Shown here: positions 1-9,775 of the stretch, piece after piece
Numbering within the stretch: the first letter of the stretch is position 1
Layout of the letters: every line of letters begins with the position of its first letter
Source of the DNA: an uncultured Gammaproteobacteria bacterium
Lineage (GTDB): Bacteria; Patescibacteriota; Microgenomatia; UBA1406; HO2-37-13b
Assembly: GCA_964612595.1 (NCBI GenBank)
Contig: CAZTFB010000003.1
Location: 32,272 to 96,271 of the forward strand
Length of the DNA: 64,000 nt
Reading direction: 5' to 3'
Program-made: the position numbers and the translations under genes
The notes under the pieces: model-generated
What the model saw: only the letters and a program-made list of their open reading frames with translations
Database searches by the model: none
What the model was told of the DNA's origin: nothing

Positions 1-1023
1 TCTAGAGTGGAGTAGAGAATAGAGCTTTCTGACAATATATTCTCATATTTCCCGCATCTCATAGTATGAAATTTAATATAGAAATATACAGGGACGTATT
101 GGAGAACTATAGCAGAAACAATCCAGAACTCATTTCGCCAACATACACACAAATCGGAGAAATGCACATCTATTAAGTATAAGCTATGATTCTACACTAC
201 CCTCGTTGGACGTTTGGGTGACGTCGTAAAAGATACAATTTACGACGTCGCATAAACAACATTCCCCGCAACGATGGATATCACATAAGACACATATAGG
301 ACACTTCTCACAGAGTGATGGTAGAAAACACCTCACTAGACATAGGTGTCACCATATTTTTTGATTTTGTCATTGCAATTGCGTATTGATACGTATTAAT
401 GTTTCTATCTATTGCTACCACTCACAACCACTCTCGTGATTTGATGAACTTTCCTAATTTAGCGCATCATATCAAACTATTCGTAAATCTTTGAGCTTAA
501 TTTTAATTGACTTTAGTGTGTCTTTGTAAAAACAATTCAGTTTAGAGCCTTATATCTATCTATTCGCTCACTTTTAGCCTCACAACTATATCAAAAGCAT
601 TCAATTTTCCATTGCAATTTAGAGCGTTACAATAATCTTTTTATTAACTTTTGAGGCTATTTTCCGCTGCTAAGTAATGTATGAATTAGCAGTTATCCAC
701 ATCAGTGCCAGCCCCTTCTCGAGAGTGAGGGTGTCCGCAATGTGGTATGCAATAGCAATCTAATCTAAGCAGACTATCTATCTACGCTTAATTTTCTTAC
801 CATTTCATATTCATGAGCACACGAGCCAAAAGTACTTTCTCACGTCTCGCCTTTCATAAATTACACGTACGTGAGTTTTTAATAAATACTATAGGATATA
901 ATACTATGGGCCATTTACTATAGGATACAACATTCACGTTCGTGAAATCTGCTTCTCCCCTCTCCTCTACTGCGACCTGTCACATTATGAAGTTCTGAGC
1001 TCACAATAATAAACAATTTGATT

Positions 1024-1818
1024 CTACCAACGCGTGCCCAGCACGAAAATAATGAGTGTAAAAATAAAGACAAAAATGAACTCTCGGATACGCTCCTTAA
1101 AAAACGAACCTTGGTGGTAGACCTGGAACAAACCACACAATCCGTAATAAAGCGAGGTCAAAATGAGCGCGTAAATCGATTGGTTTATTGGCATAAATGA
1201 CAACAACATCCCTACTTCAGCAATAAGTAAAGCTATATAAACACTTTGACGAACCAAACTTCGCTTCACCCTTGAGGCGGGCTCAATACTCCATAACAAA
1301 TGTAGCGCTAAAGGTATTGTCGTCAGAAATATGAATAAAAAGTTAAAAAAGAAATACATACGTAATGAAATAATGAGGCTGTAAGTAAGAAACGTAGAAA
1401 TTGTCAGAAAGAGAAAATTAACAGAGTATGCTGCTCTAAAGAGCTGCAAGCTCTTTGATACGCCGACATTAAAAATATTCTGCGACAGCAAAACGGCGTA
1501 AATAGAAATTGTATAGAACACAATAAAGGGCAAACGGGTAAGCCATCGCTGAGGTAAGAAGAAGTAAAATAAGTAGAAAACAAGCGTAAGATATACAGGA
1601 TGCAAAAACAACATAACCCATTCGTGGTCTGAGATATCCTCAAGGACTGAAAAAAACGTACCCATATAGACAATAAGGAATAAAATCGGGACGAATATGT
1701 AAATTTCTTGAAAACTAAAGAAGGATGACACGGTAAGTGCACTTGTGAGGGAGAATGTCGTTATAATAAATCTTCTTCGCTTCCCTATTCGACCAAAAAG
1801 TTTTAGCAGTCGTTTCAT
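1024..1818 (-). CDS. polytopic integral membrane protein, unknown function
   Basis: 264-aa ORF, very hydrophobic with multiple predicted TM helices. No recognisable catalytic motif. Stop overlaps the yebC start by 4 nt. Confidence 0.5.
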   Translation of the reverse strand: MKRLLKLFGRIGKRRRFIITTFSLTSALTVSSFFSFQEIYIFVPILFLIVYMGTFFSVLEDISDHEWVMLFLHPVYLTLVFYLFYFFLPQRWLTRLPFIVFYTISIYAVLLSQNIFNVGVSKSLQLFRAAYSVNFLFLTISTFLTYSLIISLRMYFFFNFLFIFLTTIPLALHLLWSIEPASRVKRSLVRQSVYIALLIAEVGMLLSFMPINQSIYALILTSLYYGLCGLFQVYHQGSFFKERIREFIFVFIFTLIIFVLGTRW

Positions 1819-2504
1819 GCGTAGTTTGTATAGACATTCATAACATCATCCAGATCCTCAAGCTTTTCAATAAATGCTTCTATTCGCTCAATTTCTGCAT
1901 CAGTGAGCTGTATTGTTACCGACGGTCGATAAAAGACATCGATACTCCCTTTTACTTTGCCCATGAGCTCAAACGGAATATACAGAATATATGACTCTTC
2001 GTCTTCCTCCATATCAAGTGCCTGATACGCGTCATACAGCTCAAATGCCTGTTCTTCGGTTGTATTGCTCTTTTTACACTCCAGCACTCCACACTTTGTA
2101 AACTGATACGCTACAGCGTTAGGAGATGCCATTTTCCCTCCATTTTTCTCTAATGCAAGCTTCACTTCAGCATAAGTTCTATTAGGATTATCAGTCGTTG
2201 CAGCGATAAGCACTGCTACACCGTGTGGACCAAAGCCCTCGTACAGCATTTCTTTCATTTGTGACCCATCACCGCCCGCTGCTTTATCAATGGCGCGTTG
2301 GATGGTATCTTTCGGCATATTGACCGCTTTTGCTCTATCTACGGCAAGGCGAAGCTTAAAATTTTTATCAGGGTCACCTATTCCCCCTCCTTCATGAACT
2401 GCAGTGGAGATAATGCGAGACATTTTAGTGAAGACGGCACTACGCTGGGCGTCATTTACGCCTTTTTTTCGTTTTATGTTCGCCCATTTAGAGTGTCCTG
2501 ACAT
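1815..2504 (-). CDS. yebC: YebC/PmpR-family transcriptional regulator (TACO1 family)
   Basis: N-terminus MSGHSKWANIKRKK, plus the central and C-terminal blocks typical of the YebC family. About 229 aa is the typical length. Confidence 0.9.
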   Translation of the reverse strand: MSGHSKWANIKRKKGVNDAQRSAVFTKMSRIISTAVHEGGGIGDPDKNFKLRLAVDRAKAVNMPKDTIQRAIDKAAGGDGSQMKEMLYEGFGPHGVAVLIAATTDNPNRTYAEVKLALEKNGGKMASPNAVAYQFTKCGVLECKKSNTTEEQAFELYDAYQALDMEEDEESYILYIPFELMGKVKGSIDVFYRPSVTIQLTDAEIERIEAFIEKLEDLDDVMNVYTNYA

Positions 2505-2522
2505 AGAATGTAATGTTGTTTG

Positions 2523-2551
2523 TTGACAATCAATTGCGTTCTCATTATACT
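2523..2551 (+). promoter_or_regulatory. sigma70-like promoter (TTGACA-17 nt-TATACT) upstream of the TPR gene
   Basis: Consensus -35 TTGACA at 2523-2528, a 17-nt spacer, and TATACT at 2546-2551. The ATG of the TPR gene is at 2571. Confidence 0.4.
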
Positions 2552-2570
2552 ACAAAATCAGTTTGTCGCT

Positions 2571-3419
2571 ATGGAACTACAAATAGAAAACCTTCACAAA
2601 CAAGCCGTTGATGCCGCCATCACCAGTAACTGGGATAAATCAATACAGCTAAATCTAAAAATTGTTGACATGAATCCTGATTACCTAGATGCTTACCTTG
2701 GATTAGGATTTGCCTATATGCAGCGCAGTAAGTATAAAGAGGCGAAAAAATACTATCAGGAAGCTGTAAAAATTGATCCGAACAATGTAATTGCAAGAAA
2801 CAACATTGAAAAACTTAGTATTCTCTCCAAATCAGGAAAAAAGGCAACCAGTGACCTTCCTGTCGATCCAAACATTTTTATGAATCTCAGGGGCAAAACG
2901 AAAGTCGTTACACTTTTAAACGTTGGAAAACCTGATGTACTCGTTAAGCTGAGTATTGGTGAGAAAGTTGAGCTTCGCATTAAAAAGCGACGTATTGAAG
3001 TACGCAACGAACAGGATGAGTACGTCGGAGCGCTTCCCGACGATATTTCTAAGCGACTTATATTTTTTATTGAAGGAAAAAGCACTTTTAATACTTTTGT
3101 AAAATCTGCGACAAAAAATACGGTGGATGTCTTTATTCGTGAAGAAAAAAAGGGCCGAAAAGTAAAAAACTTCGTCTCATTTCCTGAAAATATTCAGGAT
3201 GATTTTAAGCTTATGTCTGGCAAGCACAGTGATGAAGATGGACATGAGTCCTCAGAAGAAGGAGACGACAGCGACATCATATCAACTGAGATTGAGCAGG
3301 ATGAAGATCGTTCAAATGAGTTTGATAGCCTCGACGAATTTGACCGTAATGAAAAAGACGAAGACACCTATTTCTCTGAAATTGAGGAGGATGACGGTGA
3401 CGATGACTTTGAAGATTGA
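2571..3419 (+). CDS. TPR-repeat protein with a strongly acidic (D/E-rich) C-terminal tail
   Basis: Tetratricopeptide-like repeats (AYLGLGFAYMQRSKYKEAKKYYQEAVKIDPNN). The last ~70 aa are poly-acidic (EEGDDSD...EEDDGDDDFED). The ATG at 2571 is preferred over the TTG at 2520 listed in the ORF track. Confidence 0.7.
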   Translation: MELQIENLHKQAVDAAITSNWDKSIQLNLKIVDMNPDYLDAYLGLGFAYMQRSKYKEAKKYYQEAVKIDPNNVIARNNIEKLSILSKSGKKATSDLPVDPNIFMNLRGKTKVVTLLNVGKPDVLVKLSIGEKVELRIKKRRIEVRNEQDEYVGALPDDISKRLIFFIEGKSTFNTFVKSATKNTVDVFIREEKKGRKVKNFVSFPENIQDDFKLMSGKHSDEDGHESSEEGDDSDIISTEIEQDEDRSNEFDSLDEFDRNEKDEDTYFSEIEEDDGDDDFED

Positions 3420-3576
3420 TCCTGGTAATGTGCAACTTTATCTTCAAAAAAGACAATACTTCCCTTGATTTTCTTTCGTTGGAATAATTTCTCAAGTTCC
3501 TCACCAAAACTCGTATCTTTCATTGAGCGCAATGCAAATAGAAACGATATGACTAAAATGACGAATGATATTGCAA

Positions 3577-4494
3577 TTATTCCCATAAGGCTTCTAAGTC
3601 TTTTCCTAAATATAGCACAACATCAACACCTTCTGTTTCACCTTGTTCAACATCACACATAAGTGCTCGTTTTAGAAATTGGACCGTGTGGGTTTTTTTT
3701 GATTCATTTGTGCGAATAAGACAACGCTTTACATCTGTTCGATCTGTAAGAGAGAAATCTGTGATGCGAATTCCTTGACCTTCAATAACTCTTGAGAGTG
3801 TCACAGCGCTCTTATACATTGAATACCTTATTTGTACCTCCATTCCCTCTTCACGAACTGATTGATGATAAAAGAATCCTTTGTATTTTTTCTGAAAACT
3901 CTTCTCAGAAAAAATGCGGGCGCCGTCATCTTCGTCTCGTCGTACGGTGCTACGCAGAACGACATAGTCCTGTTGGCGCCGCTTGCCGATAAGGTATGAG
4001 ACATACAGTTTGTCAATTATATTCATATTGGACATATACTTAGATGAAAATATTTTTCCTATCAAGTCTCTTTTTTTATATGTCGGCTCATCCGTATCTG
4101 GCTTTTCATACACATCTGGTTTTGTAGGTGAAATGAAATAGTTGATATGAGCCGAGGTCATCGATGAGAAGGTACGTTGTAAAATGGTCGGGTCCTTCTC
4201 GATTTCTACAAGCTTACCTAGAGAACCTAAAGGATACTGATTGTATCCTCCCGGTATCATAATTTTCTGTTCATGGGATAGACTAACTATGTAATTTACA
4301 TTATCCGTAAGTCCAAATGAAAGAATTGTCGCTTCCTCACCAAAGAATGCAACATTTACTCTATCATGGCGAGCAAATATTGCTGATACATATACTACGC
4401 GTACTGTCACAATGGCCAAGTAGATAAGGATTGCTGCTGTAGCGACATAGAGGAAAATATGCTGTTTCGAAGACTTTGTTTTACGCCATGCCAT
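3577..4494 (-). CDS. N-terminally membrane-anchored extracytoplasmic protein, weakly LytR-CpsA-Psr (LCP)-like
   Basis: Single N-terminal TM helix (IFLYVATAAILIYLAIVTV) followed by an about 270-aa domain. A segment (NYIVSLSHEQKIMIPGGYNQYPLGSLGKL) loosely resembles the LCP-domain core, but the catalytic Arg/Asp are not evident. Confidence 0.35.
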   Translation of the reverse strand: MAWRKTKSSKQHIFLYVATAAILIYLAIVTVRVVYVSAIFARHDRVNVAFFGEEATILSFGLTDNVNYIVSLSHEQKIMIPGGYNQYPLGSLGKLVEIEKDPTILQRTFSSMTSAHINYFISPTKPDVYEKPDTDEPTYKKRDLIGKIFSSKYMSNMNIIDKLYVSYLIGKRRQQDYVVLRSTVRRDEDDGARIFSEKSFQKKYKGFFYHQSVREEGMEVQIRYSMYKSAVTLSRVIEGQGIRITDFSLTDRTDVKRCLIRTNESKKTHTVQFLKRALMCDVEQGETEGVDVVLYLGKDLEALWE

Positions 4495-6202
4495 GTTCGA
4501 TCTTCAGGCGCTTTACTTTTCCTACAATATCTTTTTTTGGGATATTAAAACCGACAAGCACCTTTTTTACAATTGATAATGCTGCTTCAAACTCTGGCTG
4601 CACAACCACCTCAGCACCCAAATCTTTTATACGCTGACGATACTCATCAACAGCGATGCGTGACAAAATCGTAATTTTTGGATTCAAAATTTTTGCATTT
4701 AGAACGATCATTTCCTGCGAAAACTGATCAGGAACGGCAGAAACCAACATATTTGCATGCTCGGTCTCGGCGAAATCCAATATATCAATATCGCTTGGAT
4801 CTCCGTAGATAATGTTGATGCCTTTTTTCTTCTGCTCCTCAACTATACGTGAATTATAATCAATCGCAATAAAGGGCACCTGAGCGAGCGTCAGGGCACG
4901 TCCTATATAACTCCCCACTCTTCCATATCCACAGATCACCACATGATCCTTAAGCTGCAGTACATCGATATGTGCAGGCTCACTATCTATACGATGTGCA
5001 ATATAATGATCAAGCCCAGGTAAGCGAGCGCGAATGAATTTTCTAATGCGCGCATACATATAGTCCTTTCGCTCTATTAGAATTGGTGAAATGGTTATAG
5101 TGACGAGCGTTGAAGCAATAGCAAAGTAATATATATCATTGCTAATGATTCCTCCTTCATGGCCCTGTTTGAGCACCACAAATGCAAATTCTCCTATCTG
5201 CGAAAGCAGGAGCGCACCGCTAAATGCTGTCTTTGAATGGAATCTGAAGTAAGTAAAGATGGCATCAACAATAAGAAATTTAGCTATCATCGCGACCATG
5301 ACAAAGATGATTGTTCCAGGTAAATGCGCGAGCAGTTGGCCAACATCGAGCGTCGCACCCATGACGACAAAAAAGAGAATCGTAAATAGGTCGCGCATAG
5401 GTCGCATCTGAGAAAAGATTTGATAATGCTCCATAGTACCGCCAATAATGACACCAGCTGCAAACGCAGCTATTGCTGGCGAGAGGCCAAGATATGAGAA
5501 TACGAACACTGCAGATACAACTGTCAATACAGTGAGCAAATTTAATAATTCTTTTGATACTCGTGCTGTCTTGGAAAATACGAATGGGGCGAATTTTTGG
5601 CCGACAAAATACATAACAGCCAGAATAAACACCGTTTTTCCTGACGTTATCAGTATATCTATGACAATATCTAAGCCTGTAGTTGCTCTTCCTAGTGAGG
5701 AAAGAAAAATCATAAAAGGAATCACAAGGAGGTCTTGAAGAATTAATATGCCTAGCGTAAGACTACCCATGAGTGAATCTTCCTCACCTTTCTCTTGGAT
5801 AATTTTTGATACAAGCGCCGTTGAGGATAGCGAAAATGCAAAAGCAACAACAAATGCTTCGATAAGAGTAGAGCCTCGTAAAAGAATCAATGAAAAGAAT
5901 ACCATTGTGGTTAGCACCATTTGTGAAACTGAGACGGCTATAAGAAGCTTTCCAAACCTTCTCAATTTATTTATGTTTGTCTCAAGACCGATAGTGAACA
6001 GTAAAAGTATTAAGCCGGTTTGTGCAATATTTGATAGAAATTGATCCCCTGTTCCCTTAGTCAACACACCTAGTACCATGCCAGAAAAAATATAGCCCAG
6101 CATACGTGGAAGTCGTAACTTAGTCATAACCATGCCGCCAAGAAAAGGAAAGAGAATAAATAGAATTAAATTAAAAAGAAAGTCTAGAGGCAGTTCAGAC
6201 AT
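4481..6202 (-). CDS. CPA2-family K+/H+ antiporter with C-terminal RCK (TrkA-N) domain, Kef-type
   Basis: About 12 TM helices in the first ~400 aa, then a Rossmann RCK motif (VVICGYGRVGSYIGRAL...IAIDYN). Confidence 0.8.
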   Translation of the reverse strand: MSELPLDFLFNLILFILFPFLGGMVMTKLRLPRMLGYIFSGMVLGVLTKGTGDQFLSNIAQTGLILLLFTIGLETNINKLRRFGKLLIAVSVSQMVLTTMVFFSLILLRGSTLIEAFVVAFAFSLSSTALVSKIIQEKGEEDSLMGSLTLGILILQDLLVIPFMIFLSSLGRATTGLDIVIDILITSGKTVFILAVMYFVGQKFAPFVFSKTARVSKELLNLLTVLTVVSAVFVFSYLGLSPAIAAFAAGVIIGGTMEHYQIFSQMRPMRDLFTILFFVVMGATLDVGQLLAHLPGTIIFVMVAMIAKFLIVDAIFTYFRFHSKTAFSGALLLSQIGEFAFVVLKQGHEGGIISNDIYYFAIASTLVTITISPILIERKDYMYARIRKFIRARLPGLDHYIAHRIDSEPAHIDVLQLKDHVVICGYGRVGSYIGRALTLAQVPFIAIDYNSRIVEEQKKKGINIIYGDPSDIDILDFAETEHANMLVSAVPDQFSQEMIVLNAKILNPKITILSRIAVDEYRQRIKDLGAEVVVQPEFEAALSIVKKVLVGFNIPKKDIVGKVKRLKIEHGMA

Positions 6203-6216
6203 ATCTTTTCATGATA

Positions 6217-6588
6217 TCATATCTTGATCTGACGTTCGTACTCAATTGAATAGCGAGCTTCAGGAACAAGTTTGAGGCGTTCAAATGGAATGGGCTGTTT
6301 TGTTTTTTCACAAATACCGTATGTCCCCTTCTCCATTTTGGTAAGGGCCATATGTACAAGCTCCATTTTCTTTCTGAGAGAATCGATTTCTGCCGAAATG
6401 GTTTCATGACCCATTTGCTCTCGCACATCCGTATCTACCGCAGCATTATCATTTGCATGATCAGGATCATTAAACGGGTCCTGCTTTCTTAGACGTTCGA
6501 TAGTGGCCTGGAGATTGATATCTTCATTCAGAAGAGCTTGTTTCAGGTCCTCCATTTGAACTTTGCTGAGATGTGCGGCTGTCATGTT
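6217..6588 (-). CDS. DksA/TraR-family protein with a non-canonical (Cys-poor) C-terminal finger
   Basis: Coiled-coil N-terminus and a C-terminal block (GTYGICEKTKQPIPFERLKLVPEARYSIEYE) matching the DksA zinc-finger region, but with only one Cys. The start is assumed at MTAAHLS, and the ORF overlaps the 3' end of lgt. Confidence 0.45.
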   Translation of the reverse strand, partial: NMTAAHLSKVQMEDLKQALLNEDINLQATIERLRKQDPFNDPDHANDNAAVDTDVREQMGHETISAEIDSLRKKMELVHMALTKMEKGTYGICEKTKQPIPFERLKLVPEARYSIEYERQIKI

Positions 6589-7372
6589 TTTTTGTTTTGG
6601 AAAATAAATGTGTAATAACGTACAGGATATTGCTTCTATATGTAGTAAGCAAAAAGATTGTCCCAATAATTAAAAGCGTACCACCCGCGATACTATTGAA
6701 CGACAATCCGGACAAGTATAAATGATTCTGTTTTATGTTGTCAAGGATCAGTTCGACAAGTCCAAAGTATATGATAAAAAGAATAAGCGAGGTTCCCGCC
6801 TTTGCTCGATCCCTTCGAACGATAAATAAAATGCGATGCGTGACTAAGAAGCCGATCATGAAAAAAACCGCTTCGTAAAGTGCTGTGATATGGCGTAACC
6901 CACTTACCCCTACGTAGTTTACGCTGAGCAAAAACTTAGTTTGCGTACCCACATCAGTGCCACTTAAAAAACTACCCACCTTGGAAATTGCTAGTCCTAG
7001 GAATAAGGGTGAAATAATATATTCGGATAGGTCGAGAAAACTAATTTTTCGCAGTTGCGTAAAAAGGGAAAGTGTAATAAAGCCGCCAAGTAGAGCCCCA
7101 AACATAGAAATACCTGGATAACCATTTATGAGAATAAACTTTAAAATACTAAAACCAAACTTATCAAAATTAAGTAGTACGTAAATGAGACGACCTCCCA
7201 AAAACGCACCAATCATGCTCAAAAAGAGCCCATCGAATATTTCCTCCTCCTTATACGATGTAATTTTCAGGTTCTTCCACAGCAAAAATGAGCTCACAAG
7301 AAATGCGAACGTCAAAAAAACACCTAAGGTATATATTTTAATAAAACCAAAATGTAAGAGTACGGGTATCAT
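6524..7372 (-). CDS. lgt: prolipoprotein diacylglyceryl transferase
   Basis: 282-aa polytopic membrane protein with an N-terminus (MIPVLLHFGFIKIYTLGVFLTFAF) and a GGRLIYVL block characteristic of Lgt. Confidence 0.7.
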   Translation of the reverse strand: MIPVLLHFGFIKIYTLGVFLTFAFLVSSFLLWKNLKITSYKEEEIFDGLFLSMIGAFLGGRLIYVLLNFDKFGFSILKFILINGYPGISMFGALLGGFITLSLFTQLRKISFLDLSEYIISPLFLGLAISKVGSFLSGTDVGTQTKFLLSVNYVGVSGLRHITALYEAVFFMIGFLVTHRILFIVRRDRAKAGTSLILFIIYFGLVELILDNIKQNHLYLSGLSFNSIAGGTLLIIGTIFLLTTYRSNILYVITHLFSKTKKHDSRTSQQSSNGGPETSSSE

Positions 7373-7384
7373 TGTTTAGATTTG

Positions 7385-8452
7385 CTAGTAGTCTAGTCGT
7401 GATGCAACCTTGTCACCCAGCTCAATCATTATATCACTAAAATTTTTTCCTTCTAGGTGCACTGACACAAACCCTCGTTCGTCTATACACGAAAACGTGA
7501 GCTCATAAAGTCCACCACCATGTTTACCACGCACAACTAGATGCCCCCCCTTTATATTATGTGTAGTGAGTTTTTGCTCCAACATAGGGACAGATCTGAG
7601 CAATATTTTCTCCTCATCTTTGCCAAGATCCTTTGTAGAAACCTCAATGCCCCGCTGTATACTCTTTGGCACCATAAATACAAGAATGTCTTTTGTTGTC
7701 ACAATTCCAGTTGGTATTCTCTTTTGGTCAATAATGACGATGCTCCCTATCTTTTGCTCGAGAATTTGCGTTGTAACATCAGCATATGTAGCATGTGCAC
7801 TCAGCGTATGTACATGACTGCGGGCATAGTTTCGGACTGGCTTATCCAACTGGGCATCCTTATCGCCAGATCGAGATGCAGAACCATGACGCTCCTTCGG
7901 GGCAGACACTTCATCGATTACATCATACTGAGATACGATGCCATCGAGTGTTCCCTGCTTATTTACCACAACAAGCTTCGAAATCTTATGATCTTTGAAA
8001 AGGTTTAGGGCTTTGCTTAGCTTATCTTCCCCATGAATTGTTATAATTTTTTTACCACCTACTTTTTTCTGCATTTCATCGTTAAAATCGTTTGTCCTCA
8101 GCATATAGCTGAGTAATCTGCGTGCCGAAACGATACCGACAAACTCATGTTCTTCGTTTATAACGGGAAGATAATGAATTTTCGACTCAATCATAAGTCT
8201 TGCAGCCTTTGACATATCATCTTCAAGCTTAAGTTTTGGCGGATGAATTAAGCACGATTGAACCTTTGCACTACTCGGAAAGGTTTTTTTAATAACAGCG
8301 TAATAAGGATTAACCACACCTACGTACTTTTCACCATCAAATACAAACCCAGCATCGTGGGATGATTCAAGCTGAGAAAGCACTGAGGAAAGTGTGTCTT
8401 GAGGTGAGACTTTGATAACATCGGTCGTTTTTAATAAATCCTTAACTTTCAT
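7385..8452 (-). CDS. CBS-domain protein (two or more CBS pairs)
   Basis: Repeated CBS signatures (GIVTTKDIL, VGIVSARRLL, LDGIVSQYDVI). No other catalytic domain is recognised. Confidence 0.7.
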   Translation of the reverse strand: MKVKDLLKTTDVIKVSPQDTLSSVLSQLESSHDAGFVFDGEKYVGVVNPYYAVIKKTFPSSAKVQSCLIHPPKLKLEDDMSKAARLMIESKIHYLPVINEEHEFVGIVSARRLLSYMLRTNDFNDEMQKKVGGKKIITIHGEDKLSKALNLFKDHKISKLVVVNKQGTLDGIVSQYDVIDEVSAPKERHGSASRSGDKDAQLDKPVRNYARSHVHTLSAHATYADVTTQILEQKIGSIVIIDQKRIPTGIVTTKDILVFMVPKSIQRGIEVSTKDLGKDEEKILLRSVPMLEQKLTTHNIKGGHLVVRGKHGGGLYELTFSCIDERGFVSVHLEGKNFSDIMIELGDKVASRLDY

Positions 8453-8519
8453 AAAAACGTTGTAAAACTGCTAACCTGATTCTATTATACGCCATTTAGT
8501 ATAATAAGTCTCACTGATA

Positions 8520-8601
8520 GCCAGAGTGCTGGAATGGTAGACAGGTCAGTCTCAAAAACTGATGTCCTTTGGGCGTGAGGGTTCGAGTCCCTCCTCTGGT
8601 A
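8520..8601 (+). tRNA. tRNA-Leu (anticodon CAA)
   Basis: Cloverleaf folded by hand. Acceptor GCCAGAG/CTCTGGT, 3-bp D-stem, anticodon stem TCAGT/ACTGA with loop CTCAAAA (anticodon CAA). Long variable arm (class II) and T-arm GAGGG-TTCGAGT-CCCTC. Preceded by a TATAAT box at about 8498. Confidence 0.8.
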
Positions 8602-8606
8602 CACAG

Positions 8607-8616
8607 TCTTTATTTA
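8607..8616. repeat. 10-bp direct repeat TCTTTATTTA (left copy) flanking the high-GC insert downstream of tRNA-Leu
   Basis: An identical 10-mer recurs at 9200-9209. The repeats bracket a ~590-bp segment of about 57% GC. Confidence 0.4.
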
Positions 8617-8681
8617 TCCCATAGTATTGCATTTGCGCCTCAATTCTAGTATACTACTCCCCCACTGGGTAGGCACCAGAG

Positions 8682-9152
8682 GTGAACATGCAGATGATTC
8701 GTAGCGTATACGTGCTTATGATGACTGTGCTTGTTGTACTGGCTCAGATGCCAGCCACTGCACAGGAACAAGACACCGTCACGATCGAGATGCGACACGT
8801 TGCACAAGTTTTCTCGATCGATGGCTGTCTGTCGTCGGCAGGTTCGGCGACATTCATCATCTCGCCGCCGGTACAGGCTGCACTGTTGCCCACTGAAGTT
8901 GTGGCAACAACGGAAGAAGGGACCGAGCTTCGAACACGGGCTACGTGGAAGCTCGATGCCGGCGGAGATATGTTTACGTGGGAGCAGTATATCCCCGCAA
9001 GCGTGGTGGACATTAGGTTTGTCGGTGGCACTGCCGCCGTACAAGCCAGGACCACTGCGCACATGTGGAGAGGGGTGTCAGATGTGTTTCAGCGGACCGC
9101 TGAGGTTCGCTGTTTCGATTTCAACTTCATGCCGTTCCTCCTCACTAGATGA
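8682..9152 (+). CDS. small secreted hypothetical protein encoded in a high-GC insert
   Basis: RBS AGAGGTG upstream. Signal-peptide-like N-terminus (MIRSVYVLMMTVLVVLAQMPATAQE). Actinobacteria-like codon usage. Chosen over overlapping alternative-frame ORFs because it has a signal peptide and an RBS. Confidence 0.45.
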   Translation: MNMQMIRSVYVLMMTVLVVLAQMPATAQEQDTVTIEMRHVAQVFSIDGCLSSAGSATFIISPPVQAALLPTEVVATTEEGTELRTRATWKLDAGGDMFTWEQYIPASVVDIRFVGGTAAVQARTTAHMWRGVSDVFQRTAEVRCFDFNFMPFLLTR

Positions 9153-9162
9153 TCAGAGCCTC

Positions 9163-9198
9163 GGACGGGCACATCGCCTACCCCCCGTCCGAGGCCAC
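9163..9198. terminator. GC-rich hairpin between convergent genes (putative bidirectional terminator)
   Basis: CCTCGGACGGG-12 nt loop-CCCGTCCGAGG, an 11-bp stem, followed by a T-rich run. Lies between the stop of the 8682..9152 ORF and the stop of the HD gene. Confidence 0.4.
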
Positions 9199-9199
9199 C

Positions 9200-9209
9200 T
9201 CTTTATTTA
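9200..9209. repeat. 10-bp direct repeat TCTTTATTTA (right copy)
   Basis: Identical to 8607-8616. Overlaps the stop codon of the HD gene. Confidence 0.4.
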
Positions 9210-9775
9210 CTGAAGAACTTCAAAGTAGTAAATAATGTATTGATTTCATCTAGCGTTTTTTGTGCAAATTCGTTATACACGTTACTTGTAGTTATTGCCT
9301 CCGCTCTTTTCGACTCGATAAGCTTTATGTACTCTTTCAATAGAGGAACAAAAAACTTTTGATACCAATCAACTCCATTATTTCGTATAACAAAATTACT
9401 TTTGCGTACATTGTCATAAATATCTGCTAATTTCACTATCATTGTGTACTCTCCTACACTGTACATGGGTTTTACTGCTTGCTTGATTGACCTATTATCA
9501 AAACTAATAGTCATTTCTTGCACAATAGTAAGTGTTCGTGGCGAAGAAAGTTTAAGAATATCCTTTTCAGTAGCTAATGTATCTTCGAGCAAATCATGAA
9601 AAAGCCCTGCTCTCCTAATGTCTTTTACTAATGATTGTTCGACATCATGAGCTGTAAGTACCACATTAAGACAAGCCCACACACGCATTGCATGATCAAA
9701 GATAAGCGTATTTGATCCGTCTGTAAGATCTCCCAACATCTCACGAGCATATTTTATTTGTAGTTCGTCCATCAT
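9203..9775 (-). CDS. HD-domain metal-dependent phosphohydrolase
   Basis: Ordered H...HD...D motifs (DHAMRV; LFHDLLED; KLADIYDN). Start overlaps the stop of the upstream NTase gene (ATGA), implying translational coupling. Confidence 0.7.
   Translation of the reverse strand: MMDELQIKYAREMLGDLTDGSNTLIFDHAMRVWACLNVVLTAHDVEQSLVKDIRRAGLFHDLLEDTLATEKDILKLSSPRTLTIVQEMTISFDNRSIKQAVKPMYSVGEYTMIVKLADIYDNVRKSNFVIRNNGVDWYQKFFVPLLKEYIKLIESKRAEAITTSNVYNEFAQKTLDEINTLFTTLKFFSK

Noticed and set aside
8646-9213. Overlapping ORFs 8646..9062(-), 8731..9213(+), 8744..9064(-) in the high-GC insert
   Set aside because: Only 8682..9152(+) has an SD sequence and a signal-peptide-like N-terminus. The others are composition-driven alternative frames.
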